Part shown: piece after piece, positions 40,770 through 50,142 of the stretch
How the letters are laid out: the number at the start of each line of letters is the position of its first letter
How positions within the stretch are numbered: the stretch's first letter is position 1
DNA from: Thermoproteota archaeon
GTDB taxonomy: Archaea; Thermoproteota; Thermoprotei_A; Sulfolobales; Ignisphaeraceae
DNA length: 64,000 nucleotides
Reading direction: 5' to 3'
NCBI GenBank assembly: GCA_030550585.1
Contig: JAUQPB010000002.1
Span: 325,184 to 389,183, forward strand
Translations under genes and position numbers: made by a program
The notes under the pieces: model-generated
The model's input: only the letters and a program-made list of their open reading frames with translations
Told to the model about the DNA's origin: nothing
The model's database searches: none

Positions 40770-41267
40770 CTATTTAATCTGTTTTGCTTGTGACTCGTGC
40801 CATATGAGCAATGGTTTTGCTGATGTTTTGTAGGCTTTGACCGCTTCTCCAACAACTATTACATGGTCTCCAGCAGGATACTCTGCAACTAGCTTGCACT
40901 CTATTACCAGGGGGGATTGGGGTATTATGGGAGCTGTTATTGCCTGTGCCTTCAGCGGCTCTATACCGGCTTTAGCAAACTTGTCAACGTCTCTTCCACT
41001 CAAAGATCCAAAAACATTCATTGCAACATCTTCAAGCTCTTTGGAGACCAAGTGAATTGCAAAGGCCTTGAACTCCTTTATTAGTTGATAGGTAAACCTC
41101 TTAGGGGAAATCGCAACAGCTACTAGTGGTGGATTCCAAGAAACTCTGGAAACCCATGCAGCTGTCATACCACCTCTTCTACCAGGTGTCTGCGGGTCCC
41201 CTGCAGTTACTATTGCAAGTGGGTGTGGTATTAGATCCAAAGCCTCGAAAACATCTATAGACTCCAT
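40770..41267 (-). CDS. Flavin reductase-like protein
   Basis: GGMTAAW, VSWNPP, SGRDVDKF, GDH. Confidence 0.9.
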   Translation of the reverse strand: MESIDVFEALDLIPHPLAIVTAGDPQTPGRRGGMTAAWVSRVSWNPPLVAVAISPKRFTYQLIKEFKAFAIHLVSKELEDVAMNVFGSLSGRDVDKFAKAGIEPLKAQAITAPIIPQSPLVIECKLVAEYPAGDHVIVVGEAVKAYKTSAKPLLIWHESQAKQIK

Positions 41268-41462
41268 TTGAAATCACAGAAAAATGGTTTAGATGGTCTG
41301 GTAAAAAGGCTTTTGCGTAGTTCGCTATTCTCTTTCTTACTAATAAGCTGGGTTTAGCATGGTCTCTTCCACAAAGTTTCATCGAATGTTGTTATGGGTC
41401 TGTGTTGACATGTATTTGGGTATATACCATATTCAATGATTAATCCTATACATCTAAATCAG

Positions 41463-42245
41463 TTAGCTGAGTAGGGCATCTAGATAGAGCATGGTGTAGA
41501 ACCCTAGGAAGAATCCTAGAGCAGATATTCTTCTATACGAGGATGTTTCGTGGAGTATCTCAGGCAGGATCTCTTCGACCACTATATAGATCATTGCACC
41601 TGCTGAAAAGCCCATTCCAATTCCCAGTATGTTGTGGGCAAATGCAAACAGTGTTGCTCCGGCTACAGCCGACACAGTTTCTACGAGTCCGCTTAGCACA
41701 GCTACTGCAAAGCCCTTGAATTTTCCTCTCCATAGCATTGCAAGGGGTAGTGCAACTGCCGCCCCCTCAGGAATGTCCTGCAAGCCTATTGCAATGGCGG
41801 TGGCAAAGCCGAGCTCAATACTGTAGACAGTTGTTACACCAACTGCAAGTCCCTCAGGTATGTTGTGAATGGCTATAGCTATGGCGAGTAGAACAGCCTT
41901 TCTAAGCCTGTTCCTCATATGCTCTGGGCCTTCATAACCGCTGACAATATGCTCATGAGGGATGAAAGCATCTAGCAAAACCATTGCTATAACACCAATG
42001 GACATGCCAATACCGACATCTATGTAGAGACCCTTCTCAAAGGCTGGGATAATCAGGCTCGTGAAACTGGCTACAACCATGACTCCCGAGGCAAAGCCTA
42101 GGGAGAAGTCCAGGCCCCATCTAGGCAGTCTAACCCCTGCGAGAGACGGTAGAGCGCCAATAGATGTGAGACCTGCAATGAGGAAGCCGTTTAGAAGCGC
42201 ATGGTAGATGGTGTTGTCAACCATCGAAACACCTGGGACAAACAT
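41463..42245 (-). CDS. ZIP (GufA-like) metal transporter
   Basis: GFASGVM, PHEH, HNIPEGLAVG, QDIPEG, GAMIY..EE. Confidence 0.93.
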   Translation of the reverse strand: MFVPGVSMVDNTIYHALLNGFLIAGLTSIGALPSLAGVRLPRWGLDFSLGFASGVMVVASFTSLIIPAFEKGLYIDVGIGMSIGVIAMVLLDAFIPHEHIVSGYEGPEHMRNRLRKAVLLAIAIAIHNIPEGLAVGVTTVYSIELGFATAIAIGLQDIPEGAAVALPLAMLWRGKFKGFAVAVLSGLVETVSAVAGATLFAFAHNILGIGMGFSAGAMIYIVVEEILPEILHETSSYRRISALGFFLGFYTMLYLDALLS

Positions 42246-42256
42246 TTAAAGGTTTG

Positions 42257-43147
42257 CTATTGTGAATCGCTAGACTGTGTATATCCTAGCTTTGGGCCTT
42301 TCTCTAAAGTCTCCAACTTTTTTGGCTCTACATGTATAACAATATCGATGTTGTGTTTCTCTCTAAGCTCGTTCTCAACTTTATCCACAATCTCATGTGC
42401 CTTGTCTATAGTTGTCTCTGGAGGCAATCTAATGGTTGCGTCGCCGTGGAAACTGTCTTCAAATACTCTTCTAATCCTTATCTCACCCACATCAGAAATG
42501 CCATATCTGAGCAGGGTGCTCCTCACAATTTCGATAACATCTCTTGGTGTGTGGTCGCTCACAGCATATATAATTTCCTTCAAGCTCTTAGCAATCTCCA
42601 CAAAAAGATATGATGTTAGTGCTACAGCGCCTGCAAAGTCTATCATATAAGATATTGTTGCGCCCATGAAAGAGGTTGCTATGGCCACACCACTCTCTAT
42701 AAACTCTATCGATGTGAATCTAGCGTACAGAATGGATAGACTCCCAAACCTTCTTGTAAACAGTATGGCAAGTGTGTAGGGGATCAAGGCCATGGCAGCA
42801 TAAACAGACGAGGAAACAGTGACAACATATCTAGACGCTATACTCTCATACAGATCAATGGCTATGACCCCCGCAACAAATGAGTACAGCGAGACCGTGA
42901 ATATCGCCCCGCCAAGAGCGTACCTCGCATGCCCATAGCTGTGATCGGTGTCAGGAGGCTTCAGACTCTCTCTAAAAAACTTGTAGATAGCCAAAACAGA
43001 GACTGTATTAGCTATAGAGGTCAGTGCATCCACGAAAACAGATTTCGAACCACCGACAACACCACCATAAACCTTTAGCAAGCCACCAAAGGCGCTAAGC
43101 ATTGACACAATGATGAAAGCTGTGGTCGAGGATCTCTCACTATACAA
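42257..43147 (-). CDS. Cation diffusion facilitator
   Basis: DALTS, PPD.DH.YGH, AHEI, IHVEP. Confidence 0.88.
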   Translation of the reverse strand: MYSERSSTTAFIIVSMLSAFGGLLKVYGGVVGGSKSVFVDALTSIANTVSVLAIYKFFRESLKPPDTDHSYGHARYALGGAIFTVSLYSFVAGVIAIDLYESIASRYVVTVSSSVYAAMALIPYTLAILFTRRFGSLSILYARFTSIEFIESGVAIATSFMGATISYMIDFAGAVALTSYLFVEIAKSLKEIIYAVSDHTPRDVIEIVRSTLLRYGISDVGEIRIRRVFEDSFHGDATIRLPPETTIDKAHEIVDKVENELREKHNIDIVIHVEPKKLETLEKGPKLGYTQSSDSQ

Positions 43148-43455
43148 TGAGACAGCACCAAAGGGTGTGCAATCAAATCATAGCGAATAGCTGGCTAGAA
43201 CCAATAAAAGCTTTATACACCTTTGACAGACCTCCTCACCACAAAAAAGTGGGATATTCGATCACAGCCTTGGCTCCAGCCTCATCGAAGAAAGCCAGCC
43301 TATTTAAGAGGTGCCGTTGTCGCTGGCTAGCCGGGTGAAAAACGTGATCTAGGAGATCCATTGTCGTTGAATTGAAATTCAGTTGGGTGTTTGCTGTGGG
43401 AAAGCTATAGAAAAGCTTTATTAGTTTGTATACAATCTGTTTACTTGGTGATGGT

Positions 43456-43686
43456 ATGAGCACTGTGATCAGTGTTAGGGTGCCAAAATGGGTTAAAGAG
43501 AAGCTCGATAGATATGGAATAGACGTTGCCGAGCTTGTCAGGAAGAAACTTTTGGAGGAGGTCGAAAGGATTGAGCTAGAGGAAATAGAAAAACAATTGG
43601 ATGTTCTTAGAGAGAGACTGAAAAACAAGATAGATCCGTACGAACTTGTGAGAATTGTTGATGAAGAGCGTTGGGAGAGGCGATAA
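43456..43686 (+). CDS. VapB-like antitoxin
   Basis: MSTVISVRVP..KEKL RHH-like N-terminus; overlaps the downstream PIN gene. Confidence 0.8.
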   Translation: MSTVISVRVPKWVKEKLDRYGIDVAELVRKKLLEEVERIELEEIEKQLDVLRERLKNKIDPYELVRIVDEERWERR

Positions 43687-44153
43687 TGAGGTGTACGTCA
43701 TTGATGCAAGTGTCTATACACCCTTGATTGCTGTTTGTGGTAGGGGTCTGGTCAAGGCTGTGAGAGCTTGGCTTTGTATTACTTGACCTCACAGTTTATG
43801 AGGCATGCAATGCTTTTTGGAGAGAACACAGCAAGTTACATAAGATAGATAGAGATGAGACTGTCCAAGCGTGTGCTATTTCTAAGAATCTAGCTCGATA
43901 TGCAAAACTATACAGTGTTGTGGATCTAGATGTTGAAGAGGTTATGAGAATAGCTATTGAGAACAACATCACATTCTACGATTCATCCTATATAGCATTG
44001 GCTCAGAAACTCAAAACACCCATATCCACTGAGGATAAAGACATCATATCAGTAGCCCCTAGATATGGTGTGAAGATTATACGACTACACGAATTAATGG
44101 ATCTGATAAAAAACCTGTGGCTAAGGGCACTGCATAGCGGGGGTACTGGATAG
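43661..44153 (+). pseudogene. VapC (PIN) toxin, frameshifted
   Basis: YVIDAS in the frame from ATG 43661; shift at GTGAGAGCTT (~43763) into the frame with LDLTVYEACNAFW and TFYDSSY..TED. Confidence 0.85.
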
Positions 44154-44181
44154 CCTGTTGCAAGCTAGCCACCTTTGGTTT

Positions 44182-44676
44182 TCAGATCCCAATTCTATAG
44201 TGAACCACTTTCGCGTGGGGGAGGATAGCCTTAATTGCTTTAACAACGTCTTTGTTGTCGTCCCAGACCTCGGCTATCTCACATCCACTTTGGATAAGCC
44301 TCTTTATGATCTCTGCTTTGAGCTCATAATCCTTCTTATAGCTTTTCGCAGGTCTGAAGAATATCTCGTCGTATGGGATCCCAGCATCTCTAAGCTGCTT
44401 GACTGTATAATGCTTTTGTGTGTCCTCCCTCCTCCCGGTGACAATCACTATTCTGTAGCCCTGGCCCTTAAGGCTCTTGACATACTCTACAAGCTCTTTG
44501 TTCGGCACATCCAAATGCATGTACCTGTCGCTCAGAAAGCAGTTCCAGAACAGGCTTCTCCTACCCCTCGGTATAGAGTCCACAGAACCAGCACCAGCCT
44601 CAGCCAAGCACAGCTCAAGCCTCTTACTAACATCAAACAGAACACCATCCAAATCAAAAACAGCGCACCTAGCCAT
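44182..44676 (-). CDS. HAD phosphatase resembling the polynucleotide kinase 3'-phosphatase type
   Basis: FDLDGVL, VTGR, FRP..YKKD..LK, VWDD. Confidence 0.75.
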   Translation of the reverse strand: MARCAVFDLDGVLFDVSKRLELCLAEAGAGSVDSIPRGRRSLFWNCFLSDRYMHLDVPNKELVEYVKSLKGQGYRIVIVTGRREDTQKHYTVKQLRDAGIPYDEIFFRPAKSYKKDYELKAEIIKRLIQSGCEIAEVWDDNKDVVKAIKAILPHAKVVHYRIGI

Positions 44677-45092
44677 AAAACCACCTAGCATCTCCTAAGA
44701 AAATGTTTGTCTGGAGTACACAAGCTATAACCCTGGTTGCCCAACACTTTTCTGCAAAAGGCAATACACGGTCATGAACTTGAGATATGCACTGGTGATA
44801 GATGTTGCTGTAAAGCCCGAAAACAAGTGTTTTTGCCCAGCACAACTATAGCAATAGTGTTGATCTGTATCAAATGATGTAAACAGTAGCTACCATGTCT
44901 TGATGTTTGTAGGCTGTGCACTTCCAAGCTTTTAAAAAGTAGTGAGTATAATCATATAACTTTATTATAATATTGTATAGTATGGTTGTTACGGTTGTTG
45001 TCTGTTTGTTATGCTATTACCTCTGAGTGTTCTAGGTATTGCGCAAAGTTTTTAGTCCTAGTATACACCATTTAAAAGTTGGAGTATGGCGT

Positions 45093-46277
45093 ATGTATAC
45101 AAACAGACATCTCCTCAGGGGGCTGTCAGAGCTAAATGCTATAGTTATTCTACTTGGTCTTTCCATAGCTTTCTCAATGGCTTTTTTCGTCTATATCAAT
45201 AGTGATTATGCCTCAGGTCAGACCAATGCACAGATCTATAGAGTTGTCGAAAACGAGAAGATGAACACACTGATAAAGCTTGCATCGGCAAGCGGGGACT
45301 CTGTTACCCTGCTCCTCAAAAAATTTGGCGGCACCAACACAATATCTTTCTTCATATACAACGGCACGGCCTACGACGACTGCTCCAAGATTGTGAAGAG
45401 CTTGGTCGGGGGTGCCATTACCTATGTCAACACATACAATGTAGACGATATACTTGTTGTGCCAAGCGATGGCAGGGGAAACCCCTACAGCTTCCGCTAC
45501 TATGCGAGGTCAATGGGATATCCAGACAGCGGCAAAATAACTGTGTGCACCGTTGGACTCAGTGGAAACACTGTTGCTGTTCTAACAGGTGGTGGCCTCC
45601 AACCGCAGTACCAAGGCTATAGCTACACAGTGCTTAATGCTAATGGGCGTAAGTGGAGAATGTTCGGAACAATAGAGTTTACAGTAGCTTATCTAGGCAA
45701 CCCCAACGGGACTCACCTAGCATATAACGGGACTTGGATACAGCTTAGAGTGGGGGACAGGGTCAGAATAGATGTAGACACGCAAACAGGCAAGATAGAC
45801 ATGACCCCGCAGACACTGCCCAACGGAAAGTTTGGTGCATGGATTCTCTCGCTTAATGTATTTGCCAAGGCTGTATACCTAAACGGCGCTCTCATAGCCC
45901 AAAACGTGCTCGTAGAAATGGTAAAATCTGAGGTGGCAATCGACCTCGGAAGCCTGTCCTCCTCCATAAGCATAGAGATATACCCCAGTCCACCAGGCTA
46001 CACAAAAATTACGTATGGGGGTCAAACAATTCTTGACGACTGGAACAACAGCAAATACATAAGGGTATCTGGGTGGGCACCAATCATGTCTAATGGATCA
46101 GCCCAGCAGATGGTTCTTCAGCTAGATAGTGGAAACCTCTATGCCCAGGGCTTTGCCTACGCCATATATATAGGCAATAAGCCTTCCTATGGTGTTGATA
46201 GACTGGTGCTCTTTGTTGTGACGTATATCAATAACAGGCCCTATTTGGTCGACGTATATGGCTATAGACTCAGCTAG
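45093..46277 (+). CDS. Class III signal peptide (type IV pilin-like) protein 1, with inserted domain
   Basis: LLRG|LSELNAIVILLGL followed by a hydrophobic helix; paralogous to the next gene. Confidence 0.75.
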   Translation: MYTNRHLLRGLSELNAIVILLGLSIAFSMAFFVYINSDYASGQTNAQIYRVVENEKMNTLIKLASASGDSVTLLLKKFGGTNTISFFIYNGTAYDDCSKIVKSLVGGAITYVNTYNVDDILVVPSDGRGNPYSFRYYARSMGYPDSGKITVCTVGLSGNTVAVLTGGGLQPQYQGYSYTVLNANGRKWRMFGTIEFTVAYLGNPNGTHLAYNGTWIQLRVGDRVRIDVDTQTGKIDMTPQTLPNGKFGAWILSLNVFAKAVYLNGALIAQNVLVEMVKSEVAIDLGSLSSSISIEIYPSPPGYTKITYGGQTILDDWNNSKYIRVSGWAPIMSNGSAQQMVLQLDSGNLYAQGFAYAIYIGNKPSYGVDRLVLFVVTYINNRPYLVDVYGYRLS

Positions 46278-46340
46278 GTTTTTTATCTTTCCAAGCCTTT
46301 TACATAGTGAGAAGGGTTTGTGTGGGTGGTGGGTAGGTTT

Positions 46341-46988
46341 ATGAGGGGTCAGAGCGAGCTTCTATCAACTTTTGTTATCATAGGTGTGGCTGTGGTTATA
46401 GGCGTTGCCATGATAAGCTATTTCGTTCCTCTGGTCTCTACATATAGAAGCAATGTTGATCTTGCTAGCTATCTCCAGAAAGAGGCTTCGAACAACCTCA
46501 TCAACATAGTTTCCTACGATGATGCCTCCTCGAGTCTGTGGATTCTTCTTAAGAAAGCTGATGGCTCCTCTACAGACTTTTTCATAGCTGTTGATGTGAA
46601 TGGGAGTTTTCTCAACTGCTCAAAGGTTCTCGTCTATAATGTGACTAGAGACAGCAATGGGATTCTATGCGACTCTAAAGATAGTGACTGTGCTAAGGCT
46701 GTGGAGGTTTTCAGGGGATCTCTAAACAGGGTTTATATACCGTGGGGAGGGGCTATAAGCAGCTACCTCTCCTACGCCAAGGCGATGGGCTACACATCGA
46801 GTGGTGACATGCCCATTTGCAGAGTTTGGAATGTCTGTAGATACACAGCCAAAGCCGGTCTATGCGGAGAGAGCACAATAGCCCAGCTACAACTGGGTGG
46901 CACAACAACAAAGGTAAGGATACTTGTGATTGCATTCTACAGCAACACACCCTATGTGGTTGGGATACACGAGGTGGCTCTCAGATGA
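46341..46988 (+). CDS. Class III signal peptide (type IV pilin-like) protein 2, Cys-rich
   Basis: MRG|QSELLSTFVIIGVAVVIG; six Cys. Confidence 0.8.
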   Translation: MRGQSELLSTFVIIGVAVVIGVAMISYFVPLVSTYRSNVDLASYLQKEASNNLINIVSYDDASSSLWILLKKADGSSTDFFIAVDVNGSFLNCSKVLVYNVTRDSNGILCDSKDSDCAKAVEVFRGSLNRVYIPWGGAISSYLSYAKAMGYTSSGDMPICRVWNVCRYTAKAGLCGESTIAQLQLGGTTTKVRILVIAFYSNTPYVVGIHEVALR

Positions 46989-48631
46989 GGGGCCAGGCAA
47001 ATGTGATAATAGCAACTGTATTCTTCTCACTACTCCTCATACTTGTCATACCCCTGGTACTCAGCATGTTCTACACAGCCTCATCCAGGCAGCCAATCTA
47101 TGAAGACCCCGTCTACAAATCCCTCTCAATCTCACTAAAATCTGTTGGCCAAGACATCACAGCATTCTACAATGCCTCCAACTCAATGCTGTGGATATCA
47201 AATACAGGTGGGGGGGACATAAGAATAGAGAAGACAATTCTATACATATCCTGCCCCAGCGGAAACACATACACCAACTACTACATAAACACAAAGACTG
47301 GTCTTGTAATACCCTCTGGAGAAACAGTACAGCTAAAAGTCAACGCCACACTACCCTGCCAAAACCCTAACACAAAGTCCTTGTACCTTATCACAAGCGA
47401 GGGGGCTGTCATAAGTGCAGCAGTTCTAACACCACAAGACCTCCAAGCAATGAGGGGCCAAAGGCTAAACACTACACTGCCCGCCAGCCCAACAGCAGCA
47501 AAAACAATTCTGCCAGTAGCTGTATCTACTCAAGACACAATATGGAACATATCCATTCTGAGACAAAAAGGCTTCGAAATATACACACTAGACAGCATGA
47601 CAAACCCGACAAAGATCATGCCCTACACAAACCTATCCAAAGGAATGAGGGGAGGGACAACAACAACCTACATATGGAGATTGCGAGACGTATTCGAGAG
47701 AACCAGCATAAGCATATCCAACCAATATGTAAGATGCATCTGGATAGGCTACGACCCCAGAAACACATCAAGATATAACATAATCATAACAACACGCTCA
47801 ATCCAGATGAGCATTGGAGGAACACAGTATTCAACGAGTACAAGTACATACACAAGGATAAAGATATACGGCTTTACACCCAGAACCCCCAACGGAATTC
47901 TAAGGCTCACAGATACGAGACTTGGAAGTAATGTGTGGATTAAAAGACCCGACCAAGATGTTGCCGAGTACACATTTTTGTCGTCTGGACAGCAGCAGCC
48001 TGGGCAGATCGTCACATTGGATGGAACAGCAGATAGAATTGAGGTATACACTCGTGAGACTGGCACGGAATCTGGGTACAACCCCTACACAATGCTTATG
48101 AATACCGATGGCAGTAGGGCGGCAGGGATACTCTTTACAACAATAGATAGAACTTACGGTGGAAGCTTGTTCAGTTTAAACGAGGGATACGATAGTCTCA
48201 TCGATTATTCGACCCTTCCACTGGTTCTTGTGTACAAAGGATTTGCAGTGTATAACACGAATAGCTCAGCTGTTGTTATAGCTGTTAACTACAGGTTCCA
48301 CGATAACGAGGGTTTAGATGCTGATGGCGTGACTGTGGATAGTCCAATAATGTTTGTTGGCCTGGTTAATGAGAGTGGATATGTCTATAGCTATAGGAGC
48401 TACACATTTAGGGAGCTCACAAGATATGAGGACACCTATCCACCAACAGCACAAGCCCAGAGCAGCTTGGTGTTTATAACCCTTCCGCCTAGGGATCAGG
48501 GTGTGAAGAAGTTCTATGTGTTTGTAGCAATACAAGATCCCTATAGCTACAATCCCTATAGCTACAACTATTATGACGACGTTGACTTCACACTCTTTAT
48601 AGAATCCCTAGTGGTGTTGCCTGTGGGGTAG
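46985..48631 (+). CDS. Large type IV pilin-like protein 3 (pilin domain plus adhesin-like domains)
   Basis: MRG|QANVIIA; pilin motifs ISNTG..I.I and LITSEG; ATGA overlap with gene 2. Confidence 0.8.
   Translation: MRGQANVIIATVFFSLLLILVIPLVLSMFYTASSRQPIYEDPVYKSLSISLKSVGQDITAFYNASNSMLWISNTGGGDIRIEKTILYISCPSGNTYTNYYINTKTGLVIPSGETVQLKVNATLPCQNPNTKSLYLITSEGAVISAAVLTPQDLQAMRGQRLNTTLPASPTAAKTILPVAVSTQDTIWNISILRQKGFEIYTLDSMTNPTKIMPYTNLSKGMRGGTTTTYIWRLRDVFERTSISISNQYVRCIWIGYDPRNTSRYNIIITTRSIQMSIGGTQYSTSTSTYTRIKIYGFTPRTPNGILRLTDTRLGSNVWIKRPDQDVAEYTFLSSGQQQPGQIVTLDGTADRIEVYTRETGTESGYNPYTMLMNTDGSRAAGILFTTIDRTYGGSLFSLNEGYDSLIDYSTLPLVLVYKGFAVYNTNSSAVVIAVNYRFHDNEGLDADGVTVDSPIMFVGLVNESGYVYSYRSYTFRELTRYEDTYPPTAQAQSSLVFITLPPRDQGVKKFYVFVAIQDPYSYNPYSYNYYDDVDFTLFIESLVVLPVG
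48537..48566 (+). repeat. Exact 15-bp tandem duplication ATCCCTATAGCTACA x2
   Basis: Read directly; encodes PYSYN-PYSYN. Confidence 0.95.
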
Positions 48632-48633
48632 AG

Positions 48634-50142
48634 GTGGTGTGGATGAGGAGACTGTCTAGAGGCATTTCAGAAGCTGTTGCTGTTGTCATAGCCTTTGCCA
48701 TATTGTCTGTGGCTATGCTATATCTGCTCACAAACCTCTTGTTAGTGCCTGTGGCCGAGCAGAAAGCTGTTGAACTACCCCTAGGCTATTCAGATGAAAG
48801 TCTCGTGCTGTTTGTTGCAGGTGGGAATCTGATGGTGAAAAACGTTGGCTCTGTGCCTGTGCACATAAAATATATTGTAGCTATAAACATGTCTTCTAAT
48901 AGCAAAGTTTTGTTGAATTCGCTTCGCAGTACACAATGCAACTTCAATGCTTCTAACGCTGTCATCAACCCTGGGGGGACAGCAGCTATCACTTGTGCAA
49001 GCGGCTATGCACCTCTAGCTGTTGTTACTGAGAGGGGTAGGGTGTTCTCCATAGACCCGAGGTTCTATGCCATAGCTATTGGGAGAAGCTATGGAATACC
49101 CATGACAACGGTTTATGGCGGAATAATGTTCACATCATCGTCAGGCCTTCTCAAATTTCTAGAGAATAAGACTATGATGTATAGCGGGGCTGTGAACACA
49201 TCGATAAAAATGGATCTCTATCTCAACACATCGGGAAACATAAATGCAAACTTAAACGCAGCACTCATATTAATTGGCCTGAACCCTGCTAACAACAAGC
49301 TGAACATGCTGATTATCGGAAGTGGCAGTTTGGGTAGCGGCCAACAAATAACTGTAAATAGTGGTAGTGTGGACTTGAGCAAAGTTGCTATGTATAGGTA
49401 TAGGCTGAAGATAGAGAACTTCTCGGGAACAATAAGCCCAAATCTGGGGCCAGGTATATACCCATGCTACATAAACTTTAGCAGAGGTTGCCAGCTAACA
49501 ATAAACGGTAGAGCAGATAGAATTGTTCTCTATACAAACTCCTCTAAAATCACTGGAGGTATTGTTGGTCTAGACCCATACATATTTGTTGGAGATCTAA
49601 ATAAAAATGGCAATGTGGAGGTGGTTTTTGTTACCCAAGACTTCTCTACAGGCAATAGCAATAGTGTAAACGATGTTCTTACAGTCTCTGTTCTTACAGT
49701 CTCTGGTCGGCGGCAAACATATGTTGATGCAACTGTAAAGCCTGTTAGGCTAGTCTTTAGTGGGACACCCATAGACAGTAGCAGGTATAGAATGGCGATT
49801 CTGAGTCTCGGCATGTTCTTCTGGGACAACTCTGAAGATGATGTTCAGGACAACGATAACAGGGTTATAATGAGGGTTGGGCTATACGATGCTGTGAACA
49901 AGTCTTTTGTGTATAGCACATATCTAAGCTACTACGAGCTTAATAGGTATAGGAATGTAAAACCCTTCTCCATATCGTATATAACGAAGGACTTTATGAT
50001 ATATGTGCCCAACACCGGCCGCACATACTATGTTGCTGTGGAGATTGCAGACCCATATAATGTTGAGGGTGCTAGAAATGATGCAGATATAATACTCGGT
50101 TTAGAGTATATAGGTATAGCCCTGTCTGTATATAGTGGGTGA
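48634..50142 (+). CDS. Large type IV pilin-like protein 4
   Basis: RRLSRG|ISEAVAVVIAFAIL; VKNVGSVPVHI, VVTERGRVF; GDLNKNGNVE. Confidence 0.82.
   Translation: MVWMRRLSRGISEAVAVVIAFAILSVAMLYLLTNLLLVPVAEQKAVELPLGYSDESLVLFVAGGNLMVKNVGSVPVHIKYIVAINMSSNSKVLLNSLRSTQCNFNASNAVINPGGTAAITCASGYAPLAVVTERGRVFSIDPRFYAIAIGRSYGIPMTTVYGGIMFTSSSGLLKFLENKTMMYSGAVNTSIKMDLYLNTSGNINANLNAALILIGLNPANNKLNMLIIGSGSLGSGQQITVNSGSVDLSKVAMYRYRLKIENFSGTISPNLGPGIYPCYINFSRGCQLTINGRADRIVLYTNSSKITGGIVGLDPYIFVGDLNKNGNVEVVFVTQDFSTGNSNSVNDVLTVSVLTVSGRRQTYVDATVKPVRLVFSGTPIDSSRYRMAILSLGMFFWDNSEDDVQDNDNRVIMRVGLYDAVNKSFVYSTYLSYYELNRYRNVKPFSISYITKDFMIYVPNTGRTYYVAVEIADPYNVEGARNDADIILGLEYIGIALSVYSG
49674..49703 (+). repeat. Exact 15-bp tandem duplication TGTTCTTACAGTCTC x2
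   Basis: Read directly; encodes VLTVS-VLTVS. Confidence 0.95.

Noticed and set aside
43755-43770. Programmed frameshifting in vapC
   Set aside because: No slippery heptamer or downstream structure; loss of an AG dinucleotide explains the shift
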